Positions 9,722 through 18,321 are shown, counted from the first letter of the stretch. The stretch is DNA of 32,000 nucleotides from Corynebacterium glutamicum ATCC 13032 (GCF_000011325.1 NC_003450.3:1350001-1382000); one strand, 5' to 3'. The notes: generated by a model not told the origin, from the sequence alone. Translations and numbers: made by a program.

Positions 9722-10164
9722 AGTCACGTTTGGGGTCTCTATTAAGGGCTTATGGTGACTTGCGGGGCTTTCCGAAGCGTTAAGTTCGATTTCACGGTTT
9801 CGGTTTCTTATGCTCAATACCTTCCGCTCAATTTCTCAAGCTCAATTTCAGTCGGAAAATGGGGTTTTTCCTAGCGAAATCGCCGTTAAGAAATTGAGCG
9901 CGGGAAATTGGAATTGAGAAACCGCTCCCATGAACTCGCCAATGAGAAATCGTCACCGAGAAATCGAACTTAAGGAGGGGAGAGCTCCCCTAAACCCAGC
10001 TGCGGAACTGATACAGCTCGATTTCTCATGTGCTGACTTCACGTGCTCAACTTCTCATCACACGACATCAGTAGTGAAAGCCCGGAATCCGGAGTGCAGT
10101 CTGCCCACGAGAAGTTGAGCGTGAGAAGTCAGCTCACGTGAAGTCGGTGTTTTAAGACCACATC

Positions 10165-11295
10165 TCACAAACCAAGCGAGCGCATGATGGTTTGGAGCTT
10201 CGCGGTGGTTTCATCAAACTCTTCTTGGGCGTCTGATTCGGCGACGATGCCTCCGCCTGCCCATGCTCTGGCCCAGGTTCCGTCTTCGGATACTTCGGCG
10301 CAGCGGATGGCTACCATGTATTCGCCGTCTCCGGTGGAGTCACACCAGCCGACTGCTCCGGCGTAGAAGTTTCGGGGGGATTCCGCTTCGATGATGAGGG
10401 CTTCGGCGGCGTCGGTGGGGGTGCCACAGATCGCGGGGGTGGGGTGTGTGCGGATGGCTAGTTCTAGTGCGGTGATGTGTGGGTACTTGAGGGTGCCAAC
10501 GATGGGTGTTGCGAGGTGCCACATTTCGTTGGTTTTGGTCAGTTCAGGAACTGTTGGGGCGTCGAATTGTGAGCACAGTGGTTCCAGGATGGTGCGCAGG
10601 TGGTTGACCACGTAGGAGTGTTCTTCTAGGTTTTTGGCGCTGGCCAGGAGGTTTTGTCCTTGGGCTTCATCGCGCACTGGATCGGCAAGCCGTGGTGCGG
10701 AGCCGGCCAGTGGGTATGCGGTGATGGTGGAACCTTGGCGTTTGATTAACACCTCCGGGGAGGATCCAACCAGCATGTGGCCTGCAAAGTCTGGGCCTGC
10801 AGGGGTCAGGTCGGCGATGAAACCGTCCTTGTTGTGGGAGTTATCAATCAAACGTGCGGCCACCAGCAGGGGATCAACGGGTGGCTCGAAGGAGATGTCC
10901 ACGGCGCGCGCGAGCACAACTTTGTTCAGGACAGTGTTGTTGATGGTATTGATGGCTGCATTGACGCGTCGTAAATGCTCAATCGGTGAGGGATCAATTC
11001 CTGCGACGCTGGCGTGCAGTACTGAGCCTGGTCCAAACCTGTAGTAGGCGTGAGGTTCTAGGGGGCCGTCTTCGCGGATGATGTGTTCTGGGACAGTCAG
11101 TGCTGCTGGTTTGTCCCGTTCGAAGGGCAAAGCACCCACCACCATGGCTACGCGCCCTTGTTTAAGGGCGTCTACTGCCTCCCAGGGATCGGTGAATACT
11201 TCTTTTGATCCTTGGGTGCGCACAGACCCGTGGCCTCTGGATAAGAGGAAATCTGGGGCGGTGTTGGGGGCAGAGGGGTTGCGGTGGGCAGACAT
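10165..11295 (-). CDS. Isochorismate synthase (MenF/EntC family chorismate-utilising enzyme)
   Basis: 376 aa. Chorismate-binding C-terminal motifs (FYAGAVGWCD, GGGIVAESDAQEEFDET). Confidence 0.85.
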   Translation of the reverse strand: MSAHRNPSAPNTAPDFLLSRGHGSVRTQGSKEVFTDPWEAVDALKQGRVAMVVGALPFERDKPAALTVPEHIIREDGPLEPHAYYRFGPGSVLHASVAGIDPSPIEHLRRVNAAINTINNTVLNKVVLARAVDISFEPPVDPLLVAARLIDNSHNKDGFIADLTPAGPDFAGHMLVGSSPEVLIKRQGSTITAYPLAGSAPRLADPVRDEAQGQNLLASAKNLEEHSYVVNHLRTILEPLCSQFDAPTVPELTKTNEMWHLATPIVGTLKYPHITALELAIRTHPTPAICGTPTDAAEALIIEAESPRNFYAGAVGWCDSTGDGEYMVAIRCAEVSEDGTWARAWAGGGIVAESDAQEEFDETTAKLQTIMRSLGL

Positions 11296-11369
11296 GGTTA
11301 GCCATTCTAATCCCAGTAGAACTGGGGTAAACGCGCGGGCGGTGGGTGCGGGCTATTAACATGGCCTGC

Positions 11370-12851
11370 ATGACTGATGTTCGTGTTCGTTTCTGCCCAT
11401 CGCCCACCGGCACCCCACACGTTGGACTTGTGCGCACCGCGCTGTTCAACTGGGCATATGCTCGCCACACTGGAGGCAAGTTAGTTTTCCGCATTGAGGA
11501 CACTGACGCTGCCCGCGATTCCGAGGAGTCTTACTCCGCCATCATCGATTCCCTGCGCTGGTTGGGAATGGACTGGGATGAGGGTGTGGAAAAGGGCGGC
11601 CCGCATGAGCCCTACCGCCAGTCGCAGCGCAAGGACATCTATCAGGATGTGTTGAAGCAGCTTATCGACGCCGGTGAAGTCTACCCAGCTTATTCCACCG
11701 CGGAAGAGGTTGAGGAGCGACACAAGGCTGCTGGCCGCGATCCAAAGCTCGGCTACGACAACTTTGACCGTGATCTCACCGAAGAGCAGGTCGCAGCATT
11801 TGAGGCTGAGGGGCGTAAGCCTGTGTGGCGTCTGCGCATGCCAGAGCAGGATTGGAAGTGGACTGACCTGGTCCGCGGTGAAGTTGAGTTCAAGTCGTTC
11901 ACCCAGCCTGACTTCGTGGTTGCTCGTTCCAACGGTGAGCCTTTGTACACCCTGGTCAACCCTGTTGATGATGCGTTGATGGAAGTCACCCATGTGCTGC
12001 GTGGTGAGGATCTTTTGCCATCGACTCCTCGTCAGCTTGCTCTGTATGAGGCGCTCAAGCGCATTGGCGTGGCAAAGGCCACCCCAGCCTTTGGTCACCT
12101 GCCATTTGTGATGGGTGAGGGCAACAAGAAGCTGTCTAAGCGTGATCCACAGTCCAGCCTGTTCAACCACCGTGACAACGGCATCATCCCAGAGGGCATG
12201 CTCAACTACCTGGCGCTGCTGGGTTGGTCACTGTCTGCTGATCAGGACATTTTCGGTGTCGATGAGTTGATCGCTAACTTTGATGTCGCTGACGTGTTGG
12301 GCAACCCAGCTCGCTTTGACCAGAAGAAGCTTGAGGCCATCAACGCGGATCACATCCGACTTCTGGAGCCTAAGGATTTCGAGGCTCGCCTGCGCGCGTA
12401 CATGACTGAGTACACCGAGTTCCCAGCGGATTACCCAGCTGAGAAGTTTGCCATTGCTGCGGAGCTGGTTCAGACCCGCATCAAGGTGCTCAGCGAGGCG
12501 TGGGATCTGCTGAAGTTCCTGGTCACCGCTGACGAAGATCTGGTGTTCAATGAGAAGGCTGCCAAGAAGAACCTCAAGGAGACCGCTGTTGAGCCTCTCA
12601 ACGCCGGTATCGCAGCGCTGGAGGCAGTGGAGGAGTGGACCACTCCAAACATTGAAGCAGCATTGAACAAGGCTCTCATTGAGGATCTAGGCCTGAAGCC
12701 TCGCGTGGCGTTCGGTGCGTTGCGCATTGGTATCTCCGGCGAGGCTGTATCCCCACCACTGTTTGAGTCCATGGAGCTTTTGGGCAAGGAATCCACGTTG
12801 GTTCGTCTGAAGGTTACTCGTGAGCAGACCCCATTCGTGGTCGCTGAGTAA
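11370..12851 (+). CDS. gltX: Glutamyl-tRNA synthetase
   Basis: ATG at 11370 ([19 protein letters not shown]) gives 493 aa. HIGH-type motif PTGTPHVG and KMSKS-type KLSKR. Confidence 0.93.
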   Translation: MTDVRVRFCPSPTGTPHVGLVRTALFNWAYARHTGGKLVFRIEDTDAARDSEESYSAIIDSLRWLGMDWDEGVEKGGPHEPYRQSQRKDIYQDVLKQLIDAGEVYPAYSTAEEVEERHKAAGRDPKLGYDNFDRDLTEEQVAAFEAEGRKPVWRLRMPEQDWKWTDLVRGEVEFKSFTQPDFVVARSNGEPLYTLVNPVDDALMEVTHVLRGEDLLPSTPRQLALYEALKRIGVAKATPAFGHLPFVMGEGNKKLSKRDPQSSLFNHRDNGIIPEGMLNYLALLGWSLSADQDIFGVDELIANFDVADVLGNPARFDQKKLEAINADHIRLLEPKDFEARLRAYMTEYTEFPADYPAEKFAIAAELVQTRIKVLSEAWDLLKFLVTADEDLVFNEKAAKKNLKETAVEPLNAGIAALEAVEEWTTPNIEAALNKALIEDLGLKPRVAFGALRIGISGEAVSPPLFESMELLGKESTLVRLKVTREQTPFVVAE

Positions 12852-12922
12852 AACCTGTAGATGAACAAAAGCCCGTCTCCGTTCAGAATTTCTGAGGGAG
12901 GTGGGCTCTTTGCGTTTCGGGT

Positions 12923-13138
12923 TTAGTTGTGGAGGGAGGCGTCGTAACGCAAAATGTCGCCCGGCTGGCAGCCGAGCTCGCGGCAAATGGCCTCCAATGT
13001 GCTGAAGCGTATCGCTTTTGCGCGCCCGTTTTTTAAGACCGAGAGGTTGGCTGGGGTGATGCCGATTTTTTCGGCGAGTTCGCCGACGCCCATTTTGCGG
13101 CGGGCGAGCATGACATCGATGTCGACGATGATGGCCAT
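12923..13138 (-). CDS. Small XRE/YozG-type helix-turn-helix regulator
   Basis: 71 aa. MLARRKMGVGELAEKIGITPANLSVLKNGRAKAIRFSTLEAICRELGCQPGDIL is a typical YozG-like HTH. The ATG directly abuts the upstream stop (TAAATG). Confidence 0.85.
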   Translation of the reverse strand: MAIIVDIDVMLARRKMGVGELAEKIGITPANLSVLKNGRAKAIRFSTLEAICRELGCQPGDILRYDASLHN

Positions 13139-13657
13139 TTAGATCACCGATTCCAGTTCCGTGGAGAATCCGATGGCGCGGGCCAGGAGTGCGCGCATGA
13201 TTTTTACCAGCAGGGATACGCCCGTGATGAGCATCGCGAGGATGAGACCGAAGACGATGGCTCCGGGGGCGTCGTCGACTTCTGCGACGATGTAGGCCAT
13301 TGGGAGGAGTAAAACGGCGCCGGCTGCGATGGTGATGGCAATTCGATCAACCCAGGCGAGCGAGTGGGCGTCGAAGATTTCATCGTCTTCCACGAGACGC
13401 AGTAGCGCGAACAGACAGACGATGATGAACTGCACGAGCCCGAAACCGATGATCACGAAGCTCGCGAGAATGGTGAGCGGGATGGGGGAGAGCTCGCCGG
13501 AGTTGAGGCCATCGCGCACGATTTTGATGGCGAGCAGGACTTGCAGCACCAACAGTGCGAGGAAGGCCGCGCCGAAAATGATGCGAAGCAGCATGAGGAT
13601 GCGGGGATTCATGGGGAACCTTTCAGACATGCGCCGTGGATGGGCGTATCGTTTCAA
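13139..13657 (-). CDS. Four-TM membrane protein, DUF2975-like partner of the YozG-type HTH
   Basis: 172-aa ORF with four hydrophobic segments. Start may be the Met at 13612. Family assigned from architecture and partner gene, not from a search. Confidence 0.65.
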   Translation of the reverse strand: MKRYAHPRRMSERFPMNPRILMLLRIIFGAAFLALLVLQVLLAIKIVRDGLNSGELSPIPLTILASFVIIGFGLVQFIIVCLFALLRLVEDDEIFDAHSLAWVDRIAITIAAGAVLLLPMAYIVAEVDDAPGAIVFGLILAMLITGVSLLVKIMRALLARAIGFSTELESVI

Positions 13658-13694
13658 GATGTAAATCTATCGAAAAACGATATGTCTACGCAAG

Positions 13695-13722
13695 CTTAAA
13701 ACCCCCACGTTATGTAGGGGTT
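13695..13722 (-). terminator. Probable terminator after the SRPBCC gene
   Basis: Minus strand reads ACCCCTAC-ATAAC-GTGGGGGT followed by TTTTAAGC. Confidence 0.45.
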
Positions 13723-13728
13723 GGAGGT

Positions 13729-14253
13729 TTACTCGGCTTCGATCAGTGCTTTCAACTGGCGGTTTGAGTTCTCTTTGATCCTGCTGATGCTGGCCAAAAA
13801 GGGCACTCCGGGGGATAGTACGCCACTAAAGGACATTGATTGATCCACCTCAGTGCGACCATCTTCCAAAGGCTTCAGCTCGATCGTGTCGGTGACGGTG
13901 AGCAGCCAACGCGCAACAATTTTGGTGGACCACGTCAATTCACGGTGTGGACGCAGCACGTCGATGGTGGGGCGAAACTTCAAAGTGAGGCGATTGGTCT
14001 CTGGGTGCCTTGTTTTCATCTTGAGCTTCATGCCCTGCTCGATCTCACCAGGCGCCTGCACGTACAGAATGTGCTCATTCCACTCCGGCACGCGGTTGGT
14101 CTCCTCGATGAAATCCCAGACCTTTTCCACCGGCGCATCAATCTCAATGGAATTATCGGCGCGCAGCGGAAGTGCACGGCTGACCGCCCAAGAGGACAAA
14201 GCTGCAATTCCTGTCCAGAAAATCAGCGGCAACAACAGTGCTGGAAACGGCAT
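13729..14253 (-). CDS. Membrane-anchored SRPBCC (polyketide cyclase/START-like) protein
   Basis: 174 aa. N-terminal TM helix, then IEIDAPVEKVWDFIEETNRVPEWNEHI, typical of Polyketide_cyc2. Confidence 0.7.
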   Translation of the reverse strand: MPFPALLLPLIFWTGIAALSSWAVSRALPLRADNSIEIDAPVEKVWDFIEETNRVPEWNEHILYVQAPGEIEQGMKLKMKTRHPETNRLTLKFRPTIDVLRPHRELTWSTKIVARWLLTVTDTIELKPLEDGRTEVDQSMSFSGVLSPGVPFLASISRIKENSNRQLKALIEAE

Positions 14254-14336
14254 TGGGGGAGTTTCCCTTCAACTTCGGGGCTTAGTAGAGGCCGGATAGG
14301 GGCTTGCGATCTCCCCACAGCTTAGCGCCTTTTTGC

Positions 14337-14897
14337 TCAGCCTTGGTCGAATACTTGTGTGTCAAATGCCCGCGCGCCGATCTCCCACACGCCATCCGCG
14401 GGGGATCCATTGTTGGGGCCGGCGAATCGGGCGTCGATTTCCAGGATGGCCATGCCGTGCGCGAATGCCCACAGTGCTTGACCCTTGATCGGATCGTGGC
14501 CGGTGACCAGGTAGAATGGCGTTCCTGCCCAAGTTTCTAGGCCTTCTGGAAGTAGCTCGCGGGGGAACTCTGAACTGGTGAGAAGCCGGTAAATATTTGG
14601 ATTTTCCCGAGCCATGGAGCGGTATTCCGCAAGCAAATCCTCCACACTTTCACAATGTTCATGCAGGCTTTGCCCCAGCTGAATAAATGCCTTCGTGGCG
14701 ATGTGTGCGGCGATATCCTCGCGCGTTTTTACATGCTTGTACAGCGACGGCGCCTTGATATTTAGCTCCGCGGCCAGGGTTCGCATGCTCACATTCGCCC
14801 AGCCACGTGTTTCCACCAACCGCCACGCGGTATCAATAATTTCCGCTAGGCGGCCAGGGGGGGATCGGGAAAAATCACTGCTCTTTAGACTCCACAA
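14337..14897 (-). CDS. TetR-family transcriptional regulator
   Basis: HTH segment VSMRTLAAELNIKAPSLYKHVKTREDI. The tracked start (14960) overlaps the upstream gene, so I prefer the in-frame TTG at 14897; the start remains uncertain. A G7/C7 homopolymer lies at 14857-14863 near the 5' end. Confidence 0.7.
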   Translation of the reverse strand: MWSLKSSDFSRSPPGRLAEIIDTAWRLVETRGWANVSMRTLAAELNIKAPSLYKHVKTREDIAAHIATKAFIQLGQSLHEHCESVEDLLAEYRSMARENPNIYRLLTSSEFPRELLPEGLETWAGTPFYLVTGHDPIKGQALWAFAHGMAILEIDARFAGPNNGSPADGVWEIGARAFDTQVFDQG

Positions 14898-15396
14898 AAT
14901 TTGCAAGTGCTTTATTGGATGCCTCAAATGATGCCCCCAAATCCATAAACAGTGGGGCAAACATCCCGAGAATCCCCGTAAAACTCTCCGACTGCGTCAC
15001 CTTCGTGCTCTCGCCTGCAGGCTCCAGCACAAACGAATGGTTGCCGTCCATCAGCCCGGGAAACGCCACATGTCCCAGCCAGCGCAGCTCGCGGGCGGGT
15101 TCCGCCGCGAGGATGGTCGGAGTAGAGCTTATCGACGAACCCCCCTCCTTGTTTGTAAACGCCACGGTGTTCCCAACCACCGCTTCACCACTGAAAGACG
15201 TGATGGTGGGATGTCACTGCGGGAAGGGCTCTAGATCACTCAACACCTCCCACACCTGATCTGGTTGGGCATCGATGGTGATTTCTCTGGTGGTGGTTGC
15301 AGGTAAGAGCTGGCTTAAGCCAAAGGAGAGTGCAGGTAGAGCTATGACAAGGCCAAGTGCGATGAACAAGATGCGGGACTGCTTCTTTGTTTTCAT
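14875..15396 (-). pseudogene. SRPBCC paralogue interrupted by a single in-frame TGA
   Basis: ORFs 15214-15396 and 14875-15180 share one frame. The joined reading is ...VWEVLSDLEPFPQ[TGA]HPTITSFSGEAVVGNTVAF. The TGA (15214-15216) aligns with the Trp of VPEWNEHI in the paralogue 13729-14253. Confidence 0.65.
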
Positions 15397-15507
15397 GAGC
15401 TTTCATCTCTGGTGATGTGTTGGGCAACTAATCTCCGGGCTAACGGTGTTGGCTAATTTTGGCTAGAGGGTATTTCCTGCAATTTTCTAACCCGGCAACC
15501 TGCAGAT

Positions 15508-15537
15508 TTGGCCGTATTGCATGGTTGTGGTTATAGT
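15508..15537 (+). promoter_or_regulatory. Candidate promoter of the tRNA-Gln/Glu cluster
   Basis: TTGGCC - 18 nt - TATAGT, about 55 nt upstream of the first tRNA. Confidence 0.3.
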
Positions 15538-15592
15538 ATTCCTCGTTGAACAGCGCGCCATGCGAGTTGCTTGGAGCTTAAGTTTTAAACAT

Positions 15593-15664
15593 TGGCCTAT
15601 GGTGTAATTGGCAACACAACGGTTTCTGGTACCGTCATTCTAGGTTCGAGTCCTGGTAGGCCAG
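15593..15664 (+). tRNA. tRNA-Gln (anticodon CTG), copy 1
   Basis: Acceptor stem TGGCCTA/TAGGCCA. Anticodon stem ACGGT/ACCGT with loop TTCTGGT. T-arm GGTTCGAGTCC. CCA not encoded. Confidence 0.9.
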
Positions 15665-15702
15665 CTGCGATCAGCTGGATAAACAATTGATCGTGTCCTA
15701 AT

Positions 15703-15775
15703 GCCCCGTTCGTCTAGCGGCCTAGGACGCCGGCCTCTCACGCCGGTAACACGGGTTCAAATCCCGTACGGGGTA
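15703..15775 (+). tRNA. tRNA-Glu (anticodon CTC), copy 1
   Basis: Acceptor stem GCCCCGT/ACGGGGT. Anticodon loop CTCTCAC. T-arm GGGTTCAAATCCC. Confidence 0.9.
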
Positions 15776-15841
15776 CTCCGCATCATTTATTTGCGGTAAG
15801 TTTTTAAATGTTTTACAAGGTTTACAATCTTGAAAAACGAT

Positions 15842-15913
15842 TGGCCTATGGTGTAATTGGCAACACAACGGTTTCTGGTACCGTCATTCTAGGTTCGAGT
15901 CCTGGTAGGCCAG
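15842..15913 (+). tRNA. tRNA-Gln (anticodon CTG), copy 2
   Basis: Identical to 15593-15664. Confidence 0.9.
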
Positions 15914-15950
15914 CTGCGATCAGCTGGAAAACAATTGATCGTGTCCTAAT

Positions 15951-16023
15951 GCCCCGTTCGTCTAGCGGCCTAGGACGCCGGCCTCTCACGCCGGTAACAC
16001 GGGTTCAAATCCCGTACGGGGTA
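15951..16023 (+). tRNA. tRNA-Glu (anticodon CTC), copy 2
   Basis: Identical to 15703-15775. Confidence 0.9.
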
Positions 16024-16033
16024 CTCTTAAAAG

Positions 16034-16075
16034 CATCCACCCTTCATCAATTGAGGGTTGGATGTTTTGTGTTTG
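16034..16075 (+). terminator. Intrinsic terminator after the duplicated tRNA cluster
   Basis: CATCCACCCTT / GAGGGTTGGATG hairpin with one bulge, followed by TTTTGTGTTTG. Confidence 0.6.
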
Positions 16076-17088
16076 CTAACACATCTGACATCACCCCCTC
16101 CCAGGACAAATGTACGGGCTCATGTAGCAGGGGATTTTAAAAATGCGGGGGTGAAAGATCTCCAGCGGTTGCGGAGTTAAATCGCAAAAGCCTTTACCGA
16201 GATTCGGTCTCGGGTTAAAGTCAGGTTCATACAGAGAAGTTCATAGCCGATCACCAACAAGTTGTTGCTCTAACCAGCACAAATGCAACTTTGGAGGCTT
16301 CGGAAAGGGCGCTCTGGAGTCAATGGAACCGACCAGTAAAAGGAGAGTGTATGGCAGTAAGTGGAATGAAAAAGAAGTTCGGACGCAATGACGCCGTCCT
16401 CCCGGCAGCTGGCATCGCCATAACCAAAGATTCCAAGCGCTAGAGATGCGTGAATCAGGAGCTCGCCCCGACATGACACATCGTTGCAGTCAACTGACAC
16501 CCAACTTCTCCTTCTTCAACAACCCACACTCGGCACATTAAGCCCGCAGCGGGCAACAGCGGACGCAACGACGAGAACAATTAACTCGAGTTGACGAAAC
16601 CTCCGCACCGACGCCGGAAAGCGGTGGCAGCAGGTTGAAGCCACTGTGAGGAGTTGAGAGGGTCAGTCAGAGAACTACACAACGACCCTTATAAGCCCAG
16701 ACACCTTCATTCGAAACCATTATTCGAAAGAGGGTGTCGTTACAGGTTTTAGGGGCCTCTTATCTTCATTGGGTATCGTCACAGTGTGGATTATGGGCAG
16801 TTTGGGGGAGTGCTCGAAATGGGGCCTGGGAGTTCATTTAAGCAGTAGCGCCGGAATACTTTTTCAACCAGAGCGTGCAGTAACTCAATAAGATCTCCAC
16901 GCAATTCGAGCTCGATGCCCGCAGGCGCGATTTAAGAACTGTTCTAATACTTGTGGCTTTGAATTTTGCTGAACGTCCTGCAAATCAAAAAACAAGCCAT
17001 GCGGAAGTATCGGTATTCGTCATTTCACGAAGAGATAACGACAACTAGCGATCACCGACTCTGAGATCTGTGCTGGGGCACGCCATAA

Positions 17089-17508
17089 TGGGGCTTATCC
17101 ATCACGGATCTAGTTAAATTCCAGGATGGGAAACCGGAGCCGCTAAGAAATTCTTCATCAGCCAATGTGCAGAAGTTACTTCGCGACGGTGAATTCTTGA
17201 TGGAGCAAGTTGTTGGTCTGGGCGCAGAGCTGCATGCCCTAGGATGTGAAAACCCAACGTTGATCGCGATGGGCAACGTTGTTTTCTAGGCATTGTCCAA
17301 ACCGGATGTGATTGATGAGCTCAGAGCAAAGCTCGGTTCAGATACAAGGGCTGTCAAAGTAACGCATTACTCGAAAGGCGCTGGAATTTATCACGATGAC
17401 TATATGGCACGAGTTTTTGGAGAGCTGAAGCATCATGGGATCATGTGGGGTGCGGAAGGGTCTAGGTGTTTTTACGGGTTTATAACTCACTGGAAAAAAG
17501 TCACCTGA
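17089..17508 (+). pseudogene. Decayed ORF of unknown family with an in-frame TAG
   Basis: One continuous frame reads ...PTLIAMGNVVF[TAG 17287-17289]ALSKPDVIDELRAKLGSDTRAVKVTHYS.... No start codon with an RBS for either part. Confidence 0.4.
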
Positions 17509-17572
17509 CCTCGTTATTTGTATGAATAGCATTTCGTGGTTTATTGTTATTGAGTCGTAAAAACACGAACAA

Positions 17573-17645
17573 GCCCCGTTCGTCTAGTGGCCTAGGACGC
17601 CGGCCTCTCACGCCGGTAACACGGGTTCAAATCCCGTACGGGGTA
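17573..17645 (+). tRNA. tRNA-Glu (anticodon CTC), copy 3
   Basis: Same sequence as the other two copies except for one D-loop change (TAGTGG versus TAGCGG). Confidence 0.9.
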
Positions 17646-17650
17646 CAATC

Positions 17651-17693
17651 GAAGAAGCCACTCAGTGAATTTCACTGAGTGGCTTCTTTTTTC
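17651..17693 (+). terminator. Strong intrinsic terminator after tRNA-Glu copy 3
   Basis: An 18-bp stem (GAAGAAGCCACTCAGTGAA / TTCACTGAGTGGCTTCTT) followed by a T-run. Confidence 0.8.
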
Positions 17694-17884
17694 ATTGGGT
17701 AACTCTATCGACTTCAGAACATTCTAGATAGAACATGGTTATAGATAAGGAGTGTCTCACGCCTTCAATAAAGGTGTTGTGCTGACTCCATCAACAAATT
17801 GCACCACTCGAGATCAACCATTCAGAGCGCAAATGGAAGAACGAGCACTGCAATTGAAAGCGCAAGCAATCCAAGGTAGTTAAT

Positions 17885-18299
17885 TCAAAATGCCTGTCCA
17901 AGGAAGCGCGCTCGTATATGAGCAACGGCAGGAATTAAGAAATAGGCGATCACTCCGATGTTGGCTGCTAGGGCAATATCGGGTATCCAAATCCCAGCGA
18001 TAAGTCCAGTTGCAGGGAGTAGTTTGATGGCAATTAGTGTCCACCACCAATCGCGTGGGGGAGCCGGCACGCTGGGTATGTTCGCTCTCGATCATCGTGT
18101 CGAAAATCTAGTACTACTAGTGCATTTTTGTCGCCTACTGCCATTAACTGTTTCAGTGCTTACACCAGCTAATTCAGCGATTCCTCGAATTGTTATGGCA
18201 GCAAAGACCAGTTCCTGGAAAAGTTGCACTGCAGCCTTGAGAACACGTGCCTGCGTCGCCTGTTTAAGCCGCTTGCAGTTGGAATCTGCTATTAGTCAT
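17885..18299 (-). pseudogene. Frameshifted TetR-family regulator fused to a DoxX-like C-terminal membrane fragment
   Basis: ATG at 18299 hits a stop after 11 codons. A second frame carries the TetR HTH (ARVLKAAVQLFQELVFAAITIRGIAELAGVSTETV). A third frame continues AVGDKNALVVLDF. Then comes a 61-aa ORF (WWWTLIAIKLLPATGLIAGIW...AHIRARF) resembling a DoxX-family C-terminus. Confidence 0.6.
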
Positions 18300-18305
18300 C
18301 CTTTG

Positions 18306-18321
18306 AATGAACATGTTCATT
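18306..18321. promoter_or_regulatory. Perfect 16-bp palindrome AATGAACATGTTCATT, candidate TetR operator
   Basis: Self-complementary. Lies 7 nt upstream of the TetR pseudogene ATG and 79 nt upstream of the GTPase gene ATG, inside the 100-bp divergent intergenic region. Confidence 0.5.

Larger units (their letters stand above)
15593..16023 (+). repeat. Tandem duplication (period about 249 bp) of a tRNA-Gln + tRNA-Glu unit
   Basis: Both tRNAs and the 38-nt spacer between them repeat with a single 1-nt indel (gataaacaattg versus gaaaacaattg). Confidence 0.9.

Noticed and set aside
9760-10150. Possible CRISPR array suggested by the many short repeats
   Set aside because: The repeats are only 8-12 nt, degenerate, irregularly spaced and present on both strands. 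There are no 23-47 nt repeats with uniform spacers and no cas genes.
15808-16140. 110-aa ORF on the plus strand
   Set aside because: It runs straight through tRNA-Gln copy 2 and tRNA-Glu copy 2, so the tRNA genes explain the sequence.
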